53,244 nucleotides of DNA. It comes from a virus. Lineage: Duplodnaviria; Caudoviricetes. A program made the position numbers and the translations under genes. The DNA is taken from IMG/VR virus record IMGVR_UViG_3300027734_000097, positions 1 to 53,244 of that record; one strand, written 5' to 3'. Below, in pieces: positions 27,838 through 39,200 of the stretch (position 1 is the first letter of the stretch; every line of letters starts with the position of its first letter). The notes under the pieces were generated by a model. The model did not search any database. It saw only the letters and a list, made by a program, of their open reading frames with translations, and was not told the origin of the DNA.

Positions 27838-29721
27838 ATGACAGCACATTCCACAGCAAAAGGTATAGCTTCACTAGGTAGGTATGGTGACGATGTTATC
27901 GTCCATATGAGCCGAGAAGAAGTTAAGGGTTTACAAGCTTTAGCTCAACAACATGGTACTAGCTTGACTATAAACCCACATACTGGTATGCCTGAAGCCT
28001 TTAAACTAGGTAGAATCTTTAAAGCTATTGCTCCTATTGCTGCTGGTTGGGCTTTAGGTCCTGGCGGTTTTGGTTTATTTAGTAGCCCATTAATGGCGGG
28101 CTTAGCTGTAGGTGCAGGAACAGGTTTATTAACAGGTAATTTAGGTCAAGGCTTGATGGCGGGTCTTGGTGCTTATAGTGGATTTGGTCTTGGTGATACT
28201 TTTGCTAAAATGGGTGCAACTGCTGCTGGCGGAGTAACTCCAACCATGACAGCAAATGTTACACAAGCTGCAACGGGCGCTCCGTTAGTTGGTGCATCAT
28301 CCCAATTCATAAGCCCATTTACTCCTCAAGGTATTGCAGGTGGTGCAGGTTTAGGTCTTGGTACAGTCGGGAATGCAGGCATAGTAGGCCAAGGTGCTTT
28401 ATATAATGGCGCGATGGCAAACGTAGCATCTAATCAAGCTTTAAATTCAGCTTTAACAGGTTTTAATCCTGTAGCAAATAATATTAATGCTGCTAACGTA
28501 GTTTCTAATACAGTACCAACATCTGGTTTTGCAAAAAGTGGGCAAGGTCTTAGGAATTTATTTACCTTTGGTGATGAAACTACAAAAAGTGGTTGGCAAC
28601 AATTTAAAGATGCGGCTGGTACAGGCGGTAAATCAGCAACAGACTTCGAAGCCGCTGGTAAATTAGCTCCTGCTGCATTTGCTATTGCTGAAGGTACAGG
28701 TGCTCTAGATGAACCAACACCTACAAATCCATATGGTAATAGAATGAAACGTGTACCTACAGGTACTTATGATGCACAAGGTAACCCTGAATATAAATAT
28801 GTTCCAGCAGAATCATATCAACCTACAGAAACATTAAATCTAAATGATCCTTATGGAAACTATAATTATATAAATCAACCTCCAGCATTAAAACTTATAT
28901 CAGGTGGTGGTGAAATTAAATCATATGCAGTGGGAGGCATAGTTCAACCTACTATTCAATCAGGCGGCGTTCGTGATTTATATGGATCCTCTGACAATCA
29001 AACACAAGCTCCTTTAAGTTCAGACGGTTATGGACTTGGTAGATTAAGTAACTTAGCAAGTGCACAAGAATTTCAACAAGCTAAAACTTTAGGTTATGCT
29101 ATGGGTGGTCCTGTTAGCTTTGCTGATGGCGGAGATGCTAATTTAAATGTTGATTCACAACCTACACTTAATTTAAATTCAATACAACCTGATTATAATT
29201 ATAGTAATGATCTTAAGATGGATCCAAATAATAATCCGCCGGCAGTTAACAATTTTATGATTATGTTAATTAAAAAAGCTATTGCAGAAGGCAAACTAAC
29301 TAACCCAAATAAAAGTTCTTTGAATGGTATTAAAGCGCTAAATACAAATACAGTTCCTTCTTTAAATACTAATAATATAAGTTCTTTAAATACTGGTGTC
29401 CCAGCCCCTGTTAATATGAACAACATTAATACAGCTAATCTATATAATAAACCTACACAAATGGCTCGTGGTGGTTATTTAGATGGCGCTGGTGATGGCA
29501 TGAGTGATTCAATACCTGCTACAATAGAGGGAAAACAACCAGCTCGTTTAGCTGACGGTGAATTTGTAGTCCCAGCAGACGTAGTAAGTCATATCGGTAA
29601 TGGCTCATCTAAAGCAGGATCAAAAAGATTATATGCAATGTTAGATAAAGTAAGAAAAGCTAGAACAGGACACACTAAACAGGGTAAGCAAATTAACCCT
29701 AATCAGTACTTACCTGCATGA
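27838..29721 (+). CDS. Internal virion (DNA ejection) protein
   Basis: GRYGDDVIVH...TINPHTGMPEAF N-terminus, G/A-rich hydrophobic stretch, C-terminal GDGMSDSIPA...ARLADGEFVVPADVV domain. Confidence 0.7.
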   Translation: MTAHSTAKGIASLGRYGDDVIVHMSREEVKGLQALAQQHGTSLTINPHTGMPEAFKLGRIFKAIAPIAAGWALGPGGFGLFSSPLMAGLAVGAGTGLLTGNLGQGLMAGLGAYSGFGLGDTFAKMGATAAGGVTPTMTANVTQAATGAPLVGASSQFISPFTPQGIAGGAGLGLGTVGNAGIVGQGALYNGAMANVASNQALNSALTGFNPVANNINAANVVSNTVPTSGFAKSGQGLRNLFTFGDETTKSGWQQFKDAAGTGGKSATDFEAAGKLAPAAFAIAEGTGALDEPTPTNPYGNRMKRVPTGTYDAQGNPEYKYVPAESYQPTETLNLNDPYGNYNYINQPPALKLISGGGEIKSYAVGGIVQPTIQSGGVRDLYGSSDNQTQAPLSSDGYGLGRLSNLASAQEFQQAKTLGYAMGGPVSFADGGDANLNVDSQPTLNLNSIQPDYNYSNDLKMDPNNNPPAVNNFMIMLIKKAIAEGKLTNPNKSSLNGIKALNTNTVPSLNTNNISSLNTGVPAPVNMNNINTANLYNKPTQMARGGYLDGAGDGMSDSIPATIEGKQPARLADGEFVVPADVVSHIGNGSSKAGSKRLYAMLDKVRKARTGHTKQGKQINPNQYLPA

Positions 29722-30131
29722 AATCAGTACAGATTGTAGCACCAAGTCATATCTTAGGCGTATGGGAAACTGTATGGCCAATGTTAAATGTAGCTTTTAT
29801 TAATTATGAACATGGTGATTACGATATAGAACAACTTAAAGTTCTATTAATAAAAGAGTTTCAATTGTTATTTGTAGTGGTTGAAAATAATAAAATTATT
29901 GGTTGCTTTACAGTAGAAGTTATAAATCAAATGAATCACAAAGTTGCGTTTACAACCTGCATGGGTGGCAAGGGATTATTTGATGAGCATACAGTTAAGC
30001 AATATGAAGATTGGTGTAAGGGCAACGGTGTTACAAAGATTAGAGCATTTGCTCAAGACTCACAAGCAAGATTATTTAAAATAAAATTAGGACTTGAAAA
30101 AGTCACAAACGTAGTGGAGAAAACTTTATGA
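29718..30131 (+). CDS. GNAT-fold-like protein of the ejection module
   Basis: LFVVVENNKIIGCFTVE, MGGKG, WCKGNGVTKI pattern; position equivalent to acetyltransferase-like genes in podovirus injection modules. Confidence 0.6.
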   Translation: MKSVQIVAPSHILGVWETVWPMLNVAFINYEHGDYDIEQLKVLLIKEFQLLFVVVENNKIIGCFTVEVINQMNHKVAFTTCMGGKGLFDEHTVKQYEDWCKGNGVTKIRAFAQDSQARLFKIKLGLEKVTNVVEKTL

Positions 30132-31249
30132 AATTATTAAATCTGTTTAACTGGGTAGGGAACTTAGTAGAGTTCTTTACATTTAATATGGGTGGTGGGG
30201 GAAGTTCTCCAGCTCCAGCGGGTCCACAGACTTCTACTAATACTTCATACTCTACTAACTTACCTGAATATGCTCAACCTTATTACACAGAGTTGATGAA
30301 ACAAGCTAGTAAGGCTGTATATTCTACAGATTCTGGTGGTAACGTAACAGGTGTTGCTCCATATCAACAGTTTGGTGGTAGTACACAATTAGCAGGTGGT
30401 ACAATGTCTGCTCCAGGTCAACGTATTGCTGGCTTTACTCCAGGTCAAGAAGCTGTACAACAACAAGTTGCTAACTTACAAACACCAGGTCAATTTGGTG
30501 CAGCTAATTTTGGATTAGGTGCTGGATCTCAATTAGGTTTAGGTGCGGGATTACAAGGTTTAAGCCAAGCGTTTAATTATAATCCACAAGCATTTAGTAC
30601 AGGTGCTGCTAATTACTACGCTAATCCATACCAACAAGGTGTCACTGATATTGCACTACGCGAAGCTAGACAACAAGGTGATATAGCAAAACAACAAGGT
30701 GCTTTAGGTGCTATTGGTCGTGGTACATTTGGTGGTGCACGTCAAGCTCTAATGCAAGCTGAACAAGGTAGAAATTTAAATAGACAACTATCTGATATTC
30801 AAACACAGGGTTCACAGCAAGGCTATCAAAATGCACAAGCACAATTCAATGCTGACCAAGCGCGTCAACAACAATACGCAACAACATTAGGTCAACTTGG
30901 TATGAGTGGTCTTACAGCTGGCTTACAAGGTTCTCAAGCTCTTGGTGCGTTGGGTTCTCAACAACAAACAGCTGACTTAGCTAGACTTCAAGCACAAGAT
31001 GTTTCTTCAGCTCAACAACAAGCACTACAACAGCAACAACTTAATCAAGCTTATCAAGATTTTCAAACAAGTCAGAACTATCCTAAAACACAGATTGAAT
31101 ATCTCAATAATATTCTTCGTGGTAATGCAGGTGCATTGGGTTCTACTCAAGTAGCTTACACACCAGCACCATCAAATGCTTCACAATTGGCAAGTTTAGG
31201 TTTAGCTGGACTTGGTTTATATAGCGCATTAGGTAAAGGAATCGTATAA
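30128..31249 (+). CDS. Internal virion (DNA transfer) protein
   Basis: Short leader then GGGGS; Q/G/A-rich, NPYQQGV and GTFGGARQ motifs, hydrophobic GLAGLGLY C-terminus. Confidence 0.7.
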   Translation: MKLLNLFNWVGNLVEFFTFNMGGGGSSPAPAGPQTSTNTSYSTNLPEYAQPYYTELMKQASKAVYSTDSGGNVTGVAPYQQFGGSTQLAGGTMSAPGQRIAGFTPGQEAVQQQVANLQTPGQFGAANFGLGAGSQLGLGAGLQGLSQAFNYNPQAFSTGAANYYANPYQQGVTDIALREARQQGDIAKQQGALGAIGRGTFGGARQALMQAEQGRNLNRQLSDIQTQGSQQGYQNAQAQFNADQARQQQYATTLGQLGMSGLTAGLQGSQALGALGSQQQTADLARLQAQDVSSAQQQALQQQQLNQAYQDFQTSQNYPKTQIEYLNNILRGNAGALGSTQVAYTPAPSNASQLASLGLAGLGLYSALGKGIV

Positions 31250-33207
31250 TGAATATTGTTAAACTACAAGAAGACCTTAAAAACGTTCCTTTTAAAAACT
31301 TAATTTTCTACGTACAAAATCCTAATGGACAAGTACCTAGTTATCTTGCTTTATCTGAGATTAAACGTCGTAAGGATATGGAATCAAAAGCGGCGGCTTC
31401 ACAAAATGCGCCATCAAATCTATCTGTAGCTGAAGAATTAACTGCACCTAGACAAAACATTGGCCCTCAATTTGATACAAGACAATCTATGCTTGCAGAA
31501 CAACGTCAAGCTCAGCCACAACCTCAAACACAACCAGGTGTAGCATCATTACCTACAGGTGATATGTACCAAGAACAAAACTTTGCTACAGGCGGTATTG
31601 TGGCGTTTGATCGTGGTGGTGATGTTGATGTTAGACCTAATTTAGATGTACGTCCACTTACTAATGAACAACTGCAAGTCCTTGCGGCGGAATATTTAGG
31701 TGGTGTTAATGTAGGTAATGATAAAATGTCAGCTGGTGTAAACTACGCTGGTGGTATTAATCGTGCTGGTATGACTGATCCTAGATTACGTGATGTTTAT
31801 GCACAATATAAAACAGATAATGGTGCTCAATACACAGGCTCATATATGCCTGATGCGCGTCAATTTAATCTAGATAGAACTAAAGGCAATACGACTATGG
31901 GTATGACTTATTCACCTGACAATGTAGGTATTCGCGCTGGATATAGTTTTGCTGAAGGCGGCGATGTACAACACTTTGCTAGTCAAGGCGCTGTTGTATT
32001 TGATAGAAACATGGGACCAGCTACATTTGATGCTGAATTAGATGACCCTTCTATTGATGCTTATACTAAAGATTTAATACTAAGAAATAGAAGTAGATTT
32101 GGTACTGATGCGCCTATGCAAGTAGCGGCTGATGTTAATCCAGCATTAAGCTCAGATCAATTAGGTCAATCTTATTGGCAAAATTTAAAACGTAAGTGGG
32201 CATTACAAAAACAAAAAGAAGCTCAAAACATTGCTGTTGAAAATGAAAGACAAAAAAAATTCTACGGTGGTGCAGGAGGCTATGAATCTAAAGTAAATCC
32301 TGCAATGACTAATAAAGAAGCAGCGATGGCTGCCGATGCTGCTGCAGCAAAAGATAATCAAGAGGGACCAAAAGGTATTACTCAAGATATGATTAATAAA
32401 TTAAATGCAGGTGCTCCAGCAGGTGGAGGTATTGGTGGATTACGTCCTAATCTAGCGGCTACTAAAGAAAAATCACTTGATGAAATGATTGAGGATCGTA
32501 GAAAACTTCTTGAATCACAAGGTGTTAAAACTGATTACTATAGTAAGATGATTGAAGATTTAAGAAAAGAAAAAGGTGAAGAACTTGATTCATCTAAACG
32601 TATGATGCAAGCAAATATTTTATTTAGTTTAGCTAAGTCTGTTGGTGAAACTCCAGGTGGTATTATGAGAGGTCTTACTAAAGGCGCTACTGAAGTTGGA
32701 CCAGCAGTTATGCAAGGTCTTAAAGATCAAAGAGATATTGAGAAACTCAATAAGAAAGAAGAAAGAGCGATGACTGCTCTTGAGCGTGCAGAAAAACGTG
32801 GTGATACAGATGCAATTGAAAAAGCTAGAGATAAATATGAACAGATTAAAGCTGATAAAGAAGGCAGAATTATATCTGGCGAATACTCTCTTGCAGGTTC
32901 TAGGATCGCTGCATCTAAACCAACAACTTATGAATCTGTTATCAGTGAACTTAAAAAAGATAAAAGATATTATAAGATGGTTGATGGTAAACCTGTATTC
33001 GATATAGAAAAAGCTTACAATACTTACTTAGGATCTAAGTCAGGTGCAGGTGTAAGTGATACTACATTACTTAAAGAGTATAATGACTTGGGCGGACAAT
33101 CAGGTACAGGTATGGATTGGGATACCTATAAAGCTACATTTGGTAATAAAGGCGGAGCTACAACAAGCGCTGTTAGACCAAAATTTTTAGGATACGAAAA
33201 CCAATAA
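31249..33207 (+). CDS. Internal virion protein
   Basis: 652 aa, coupled to both neighbours; FATGGIVAF and FAEGG motifs; helical C-half. Confidence 0.65.
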   Translation: MNIVKLQEDLKNVPFKNLIFYVQNPNGQVPSYLALSEIKRRKDMESKAAASQNAPSNLSVAEELTAPRQNIGPQFDTRQSMLAEQRQAQPQPQTQPGVASLPTGDMYQEQNFATGGIVAFDRGGDVDVRPNLDVRPLTNEQLQVLAAEYLGGVNVGNDKMSAGVNYAGGINRAGMTDPRLRDVYAQYKTDNGAQYTGSYMPDARQFNLDRTKGNTTMGMTYSPDNVGIRAGYSFAEGGDVQHFASQGAVVFDRNMGPATFDAELDDPSIDAYTKDLILRNRSRFGTDAPMQVAADVNPALSSDQLGQSYWQNLKRKWALQKQKEAQNIAVENERQKKFYGGAGGYESKVNPAMTNKEAAMAADAAAAKDNQEGPKGITQDMINKLNAGAPAGGGIGGLRPNLAATKEKSLDEMIEDRRKLLESQGVKTDYYSKMIEDLRKEKGEELDSSKRMMQANILFSLAKSVGETPGGIMRGLTKGATEVGPAVMQGLKDQRDIEKLNKKEERAMTALERAEKRGDTDAIEKARDKYEQIKADKEGRIISGEYSLAGSRIAASKPTTYESVISELKKDKRYYKMVDGKPVFDIEKAYNTYLGSKSGAGVSDTTLLKEYNDLGGQSGTGMDWDTYKATFGNKGGATTSAVRPKFLGYENQ

Positions 33208-33208
33208 A

Positions 33209-36200
33209 ATGCCTATAGCAAGATTTCAGATGCCTGATGGCAAGATTGCCAAGTATGAGGTACCAGAAGGTCTATCCCCTGAAGAAGTTGAAAATTTAAT
33301 TCAGCAAGAAATTGGACTACAAAAACAAGAACTAGAAGCTCATCAAAAGAAAACAGGGTTCATGCCTGCGTTAAAAGCAGGTGCTCGTGGATTCCTAGGT
33401 GGCGCTGAAGAAGCATTAGGTTTTGATAAAGCTGCCGCAGAACAATTTCAAAAAGCTGCACAATCATACGAAGGCACTACAGAAGAAGATATAGCTCGTG
33501 CTAAAGAGCAAGGCGTTCTTTCTACAATCGGTGCATACAAATCTAAATATTTAACTGAACCCCTTGGTGGTATTGTAGGTAGGTTCGGTGCTCCTATGGC
33601 TGCTGCTGCTGTTCTCCCAGAAAGTTTAATTGGTACTGGTGCCGCTGCAGCACTTGCTCGTGCTGGTGCTATGTATGCTACTGATTTACCAGCTGAAGTT
33701 GGTGAGAATATACAAAGACAAAAAGAACGCGGTCAAGAAGTTGATCGAGGCGCTGCAACACTTGCAGGGTTAGCTCAAGCAGCAATTGCTGCCGTAGGTA
33801 TTCCAGGTTCAGGTGCTATTACTAAATTGTTAGGACCTCGTTTATTAGCAGAAGCTGAAGCATTAGCACCACGTGTTAGAGCTGGGGTATTAACTCAAGA
33901 ACAAGCCGTTCAACAACTATCATCTAAAGGTATTGAATTTGCCCGTGCTACTGCAGCTAACGCTGTGACAGGTACAGGACTTATGATTGGTACTGAAGAA
34001 TTACGTCGGGCTCAAGCAGGTCAAGAGTTCATGACTCCAGAAGAATTAAAAGAAACAGCAGTACAAGGTTTAGCTATTGCTCCTGTATTTGGTGCATTAC
34101 ATGGATTTGGTGCACGAGGTAAAGCTGAAGCTTACTTAACAGAAGCACAGAAAGCTCGCGAAGAACAAGTTAAAAATATTCTTGATACTAGATATAAACT
34201 TGCAAGCACTGATGAAAAAGTTAGACTACAAAAAATGATGGAAGATGAGCAGTTCAAAGAACAACTACGTACTAAAATTCATAGCGAAACTGATAGACCT
34301 GTTCAAGAAATTATTGATGAAGTAGTAGGTGTTAAAGCTGAACCTACAGAAAAAGAAACAGAGAAAGCACAAAAGAATGTTAAGGCTGCACTTAATGAAC
34401 CGTCAGGTCAATGGGTAGTAGATCCTGAAACACAAGTAGAACGCCAACTTACTATAGGTGAATTACAAAAGATTCAAAACCCAGAACTATTTACAGGGGA
34501 AGAAGCAAACATTGTAGAACCTACTATAGTTACAGATAAAACCTTAACTGACTTAGGTATTGGGGCAAGCACACCGCTTGTTAAAAAAGGTGGATTACGT
34601 GGACTTGATTTAAATAAACCTGAAGAAGCACAGCAATTTATAGAGGGTATTACTGCGTTTGGTAGTCAAGCTAAGTTAGATCAAAAGATTAAAGACGCAA
34701 TTGATACAAAAGTAAAAGAACTCCAAGATAAACAGAAAGAGGCTGAAGATGCTAGACTTAGGACCGCAGGAGATACAAGTGGTGTTCAAATATCTGGAAG
34801 ACCCGGACAAGAATCCGTTGCCGGAGAACCTACAACAACTGACAGACTTAGAGCTGATGAGCTTACAACTGATACTAGACCAACTGAAATGGGAACGCAG
34901 GGACGCGGTACTCCACTAGCTCCTACATCAAAGGAAGTATTGAAATCCTCTAAAGAACTTACACCAGAAGCAAAAGATTTATTATCTACTGTAGATAAAG
35001 GTGGTGTTCCTGGATTCATGACTAATAATCTACGACGTATCGCAAAAGAAAATGGTATAGAAGTAACACCTAAAGATACACCAAATACTGTTATAGATAG
35101 ACTTCGTAGTAAACAAGCTCCTGAAACAAAAGAAGTTATTAAAACCGCTGATGAATTAGCAAAAGAATATAAAGGTCCAACTTTATTAGCTCAATTAAAA
35201 CGTCTTGGTGGTGTATCTTTAGCAGATAAATTAGATGTTACAGGTGAAAGAGCAAGACCAGCTCCAGGCGGATACAATACTATATTTACATCTAAGACAG
35301 AGAAGGGCTTAATGAATCATATTGAGTCTGGTAGTTTAGATGAGTTCTTACCTTATGATATGCGTTTACAAGGTGGTATGCATGAAGCTCGAGGCGAAGC
35401 ATATGACCCTCGTCCAGCTTATGATTATCTTGCTGATCGTATTAGTAATGGTGAAAAAATATTGCCATTTGAGTTAGAACAAAATATGCGTCAAGCTAAA
35501 GAAATAGAACGAGACATGGCTCAAGAAGAAGCTCCGTTGCGTACACTTGAATCATATCCAGAGGGAACTACTATAGAACAAGCTAGAGCTAAACCGAGAG
35601 AATCGATTAGTGAATTTTTAGCTAGAGCAACTCCAGAAGAATTAGAAGCTTTCAGACAAAAAAATCGTGCGTTAGATATGTCTGATGAAGGAAGACGTTT
35701 AAGAGCCGAAGAACAGGCTAATAAAGACTTAGCAGAAGCTGCGTCAGTAGAAAAAGATATTATGTATGCTAAGTATGAACCACTTAAACCTGATTGGATT
35801 ACTTCTGATGTATGGAGTAAATATGACTTTGCTCAAGAGATGCGTAAAAGAGCTGAGTCAGGAAAAGATTTTGATATAGGTAATGATTACCAAGCACATA
35901 GAGCTTTAGAAAAAGCTGTAAAACAAGCATACCCAGAGAAAGATGTAAGAGATGTTTTAGCTAGAGTTAAAGATGAATATGATGCAAAAGTAATGCCTAT
36001 TAAAGAAGCTCGTGGTGAGGCTGCATTAACAAGAGAAACACCAGAGACAATTATAAAAGCTCTTAAAGAACGTTTTGGTAATAATGTTCAAAAAGCAATT
36101 GAACGTGAAGACTTAGTATTAATTAAGAGTAAAGATGTACCAACTAATATAGCAAAAGATGCAGTGGCATACTTTGAAAAAGGTGTAGCTCATTTAATTG

Positions 36201-39200
36201 TTGATCGTTTATCTAGAGAAGATGCACCACGTAAGTTATTACATGAAGTAGGTGTTCATTATGGTCTTGAAGGTATGCTTGGTAAAGCTCTTTATAAAGA
36301 TGTTTTACGTACTATTAATAGGCTAAAAGAAACAGACAAAGATGTTAAAGCTGCATTTGATCATGTATCTAAACGCTATAAAGATTTAAAACCAGATGCA
36401 TTCACAGAAGAAGTATTAGCTCGTCTTGGTGAATCAGCTCCTAATCATTCTATATGGCGTCGTGCAGTTGCAGCTATTAAAGAATTCCTATTTAAAAAAG
36501 GTTTATGGAATCCTAATCGTATGGATGTCCGTGATATTCTTGATCTAGTTAATCGCTCTACGCAGAAGTCTTTAGCAGGTGAAGTTAGACCTTTAACAAG
36601 AACTGATAACTTCAAAGCTTGGTTTGGTAAGTCTAAGATTGTAGATGGAGAAGGTGTACCACTACGTTTATATCACGGTACTTCAGAAAACTTTGATGTA
36701 TTTAAACACCCTTCAGAAACTAAAGGACCAAAAGGTGGTTTTATTGATACACAAGGATTTTATTTTACTGCAGATCCTGGTGTTGCTGAAGTTTATGCTG
36801 ATCACTTTGGAAGAAATATTAAATATGGCCCTAAAGGATTAATTAGAAAAGCCGCTAATCAAACAATTGTTCCTGTTTATCTACGCATGGAAAACCCTTT
36901 TGTTGTAGATATGAAAAAACCTTTTGATCATCCTTCTCATGAAGCAATTAAACAAGGAAGAATTGATAATGAAGTAATGACTAATTTAAAATCAAAAGGG
37001 TATGATGGTGTTATTTTAAAGAAAGATAATGGCAGAAATGAGTATGTAGCTTTTGATGCTAATCAAATTAAATCTGCTACAGGTAATCGCGGTACATTTG
37101 ATATTGAACGTCCTGAAATACAGTATGCTAAAGGCGAAGAAAGAACTGCACCTATATCAGAACAATATAAAGCAACGAAAGTATTTGCATCTCCTGCTGA
37201 AGAAGCGGATAAGAGTTTCAAAGAACATGTAGGTGGTATATTAGACCGTGCAAAAAATATTGATAGAGGCACAATGGATCGTGCATTTACGGGAGCTCGT
37301 ATTAAAGTAGCTAACCCAGCAGCTGGTGTTCAAACAGAACTTATTAGAAAATATAATGGTGCTGTAGTAGATGCTATGGGTAATATGAGAGCTGATATCG
37401 CTCATGATCAAGCACTTGATAGTAATATACTTGGTGCTACATCTGCTAAATATGGTAGAGTTGTTTTAGATAAAGCGATGGGTGCTAAAGTTGTTGATGA
37501 TCCTAATAATTTATATGCAGTCTTTGATCAATTAAAAGTATTGTCTAGTCGTATTGGTGCAGTAGATGCAGAACATGTAGGTGGGGCATACTTACAAGCA
37601 TTACGTTATGATGAAATATTAAAAGCAAATGATAGCATCGATGCTAAGATAGATAATCTTAAAGAGAATCTTAAAAAAGATAAGAAGGAAGCCTATGCTA
37701 AAGGTAAGCCTAAAGATATTAATGCCTATAAAGAACTTGAAAATAAAACAGCAAGACTTATTGTTGAATTAAAAGATAAGAAAAAAGAAGTATCTGATGC
37801 ACAAAAAGCAGCTATCCCTGCAGCTTTAGACTATGCAAACCAATTTCCTGAGATCAAACGTATTGCTGAAATCTATGACAAAATTAGATTAGATGAAATT
37901 GATATGCTTGAAAAAGCTGGTGTATATGGTAAAGACTTTGCACAAAAATTACGTGAAACAAAAGGTTATGTACCTCTATTCAGAGTAATGGATGATATTG
38001 AAGCTATTCCAGGCAACGAGGGTGCAAGACAATACTTTAGAGGTTTAGCTGACATTGGTAAAGAATATGCTTTCGAAGGTTCAGAACGCCGTGCTTTAAA
38101 TATCTTTGATAATATGTTAACCCGTCATATGTGGGCAGTAAACGCAGCTGTTAGAAACTTTGCCAATAGACGTATTGCTGATGAGTTAGCTATCAGAACT
38201 GAAGATGGTAAACTTAAAACTTATAACATTATGCCTGAAGGTAAAGCAGATGTTATGACACCTATTTGGATTGATGGTAAAAGAACTTATGTTGAGTATG
38301 CTGATCCTTTCTTTGCAAGAGCAGTCTATGGCGTGGAGCCTGCGTTACCGGGCATACTAGGTTGGTTTGGTAAAGCAAGTAAGATATTACGTACAGGCGT
38401 TACAGCACTTCCTACATTCCAAATATACCAAGTATTTAACGATGCAACTCGTGCCGCTATGATCTCTGGTGTTAATCACCCATTTAAACTTATTGGTGAA
38501 GTAGTAAGTAGCTTTGGTAAGATTCTTAAAGATCAAGAAAATGACCCTATTGTTAGAGAGATGAATAGATTAGGTATTAGTGGTGGTTATGGTCATACAT
38601 CTAAAGAGATTGCAGATAAAATCAGAAGAGATCAAGGTATGTTAGCTACAAGTCTAACTCAAAAAGCTTTTGATAAAGCAGAAAAGTTTGCAGCTACATC
38701 TGATATGGCACAACGTCGTGCGCTCTTTAAACGAAGTTTATTAGAAACAGGTGGTGTAGAACAACCTGACGGATCTATCATCGGTGGTAACAAAGTTCTA
38801 GCTATGGATCGTGCTATGAATATTATCCATTGGCAAAAACATGGTACAAGTAATTCAGTTCGAGTATTAAGCCAAATTGTTCCATTTATGAATGCTTACA
38901 TACAAGGTATGGATATTCTACTTCGCTCTATGAAAGGTGAAGGTATTAGCGGCCGTGAGAGAAAAGAAGCTCAATGGTTGTTTGTATCAACTGCGTTAAA
39001 ACTAAGTGCTTTAGCTACTATCTATAGTATGGCTGTATCAAGTGATGAAGAATATCAAAAGTTAGATGATAGAACTAAAGTAAGATCACTTATTATTCCA
39101 GGCACAGGCTTTAAGATTCCTGTATCTAATGAAGTTGCTATGCTTACTAAAGCTATCCCAGAATTAGGTTGGCAATATGTTACACGTGCTGATACTAATA

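Noticed and set aside
29330-29400. Short LNT-x5 tandem repeats in the 27838 gene and CCAATCAGT repeats near 23783
   Set aside because: Low-complexity linker expansions with no evidence of separate function.
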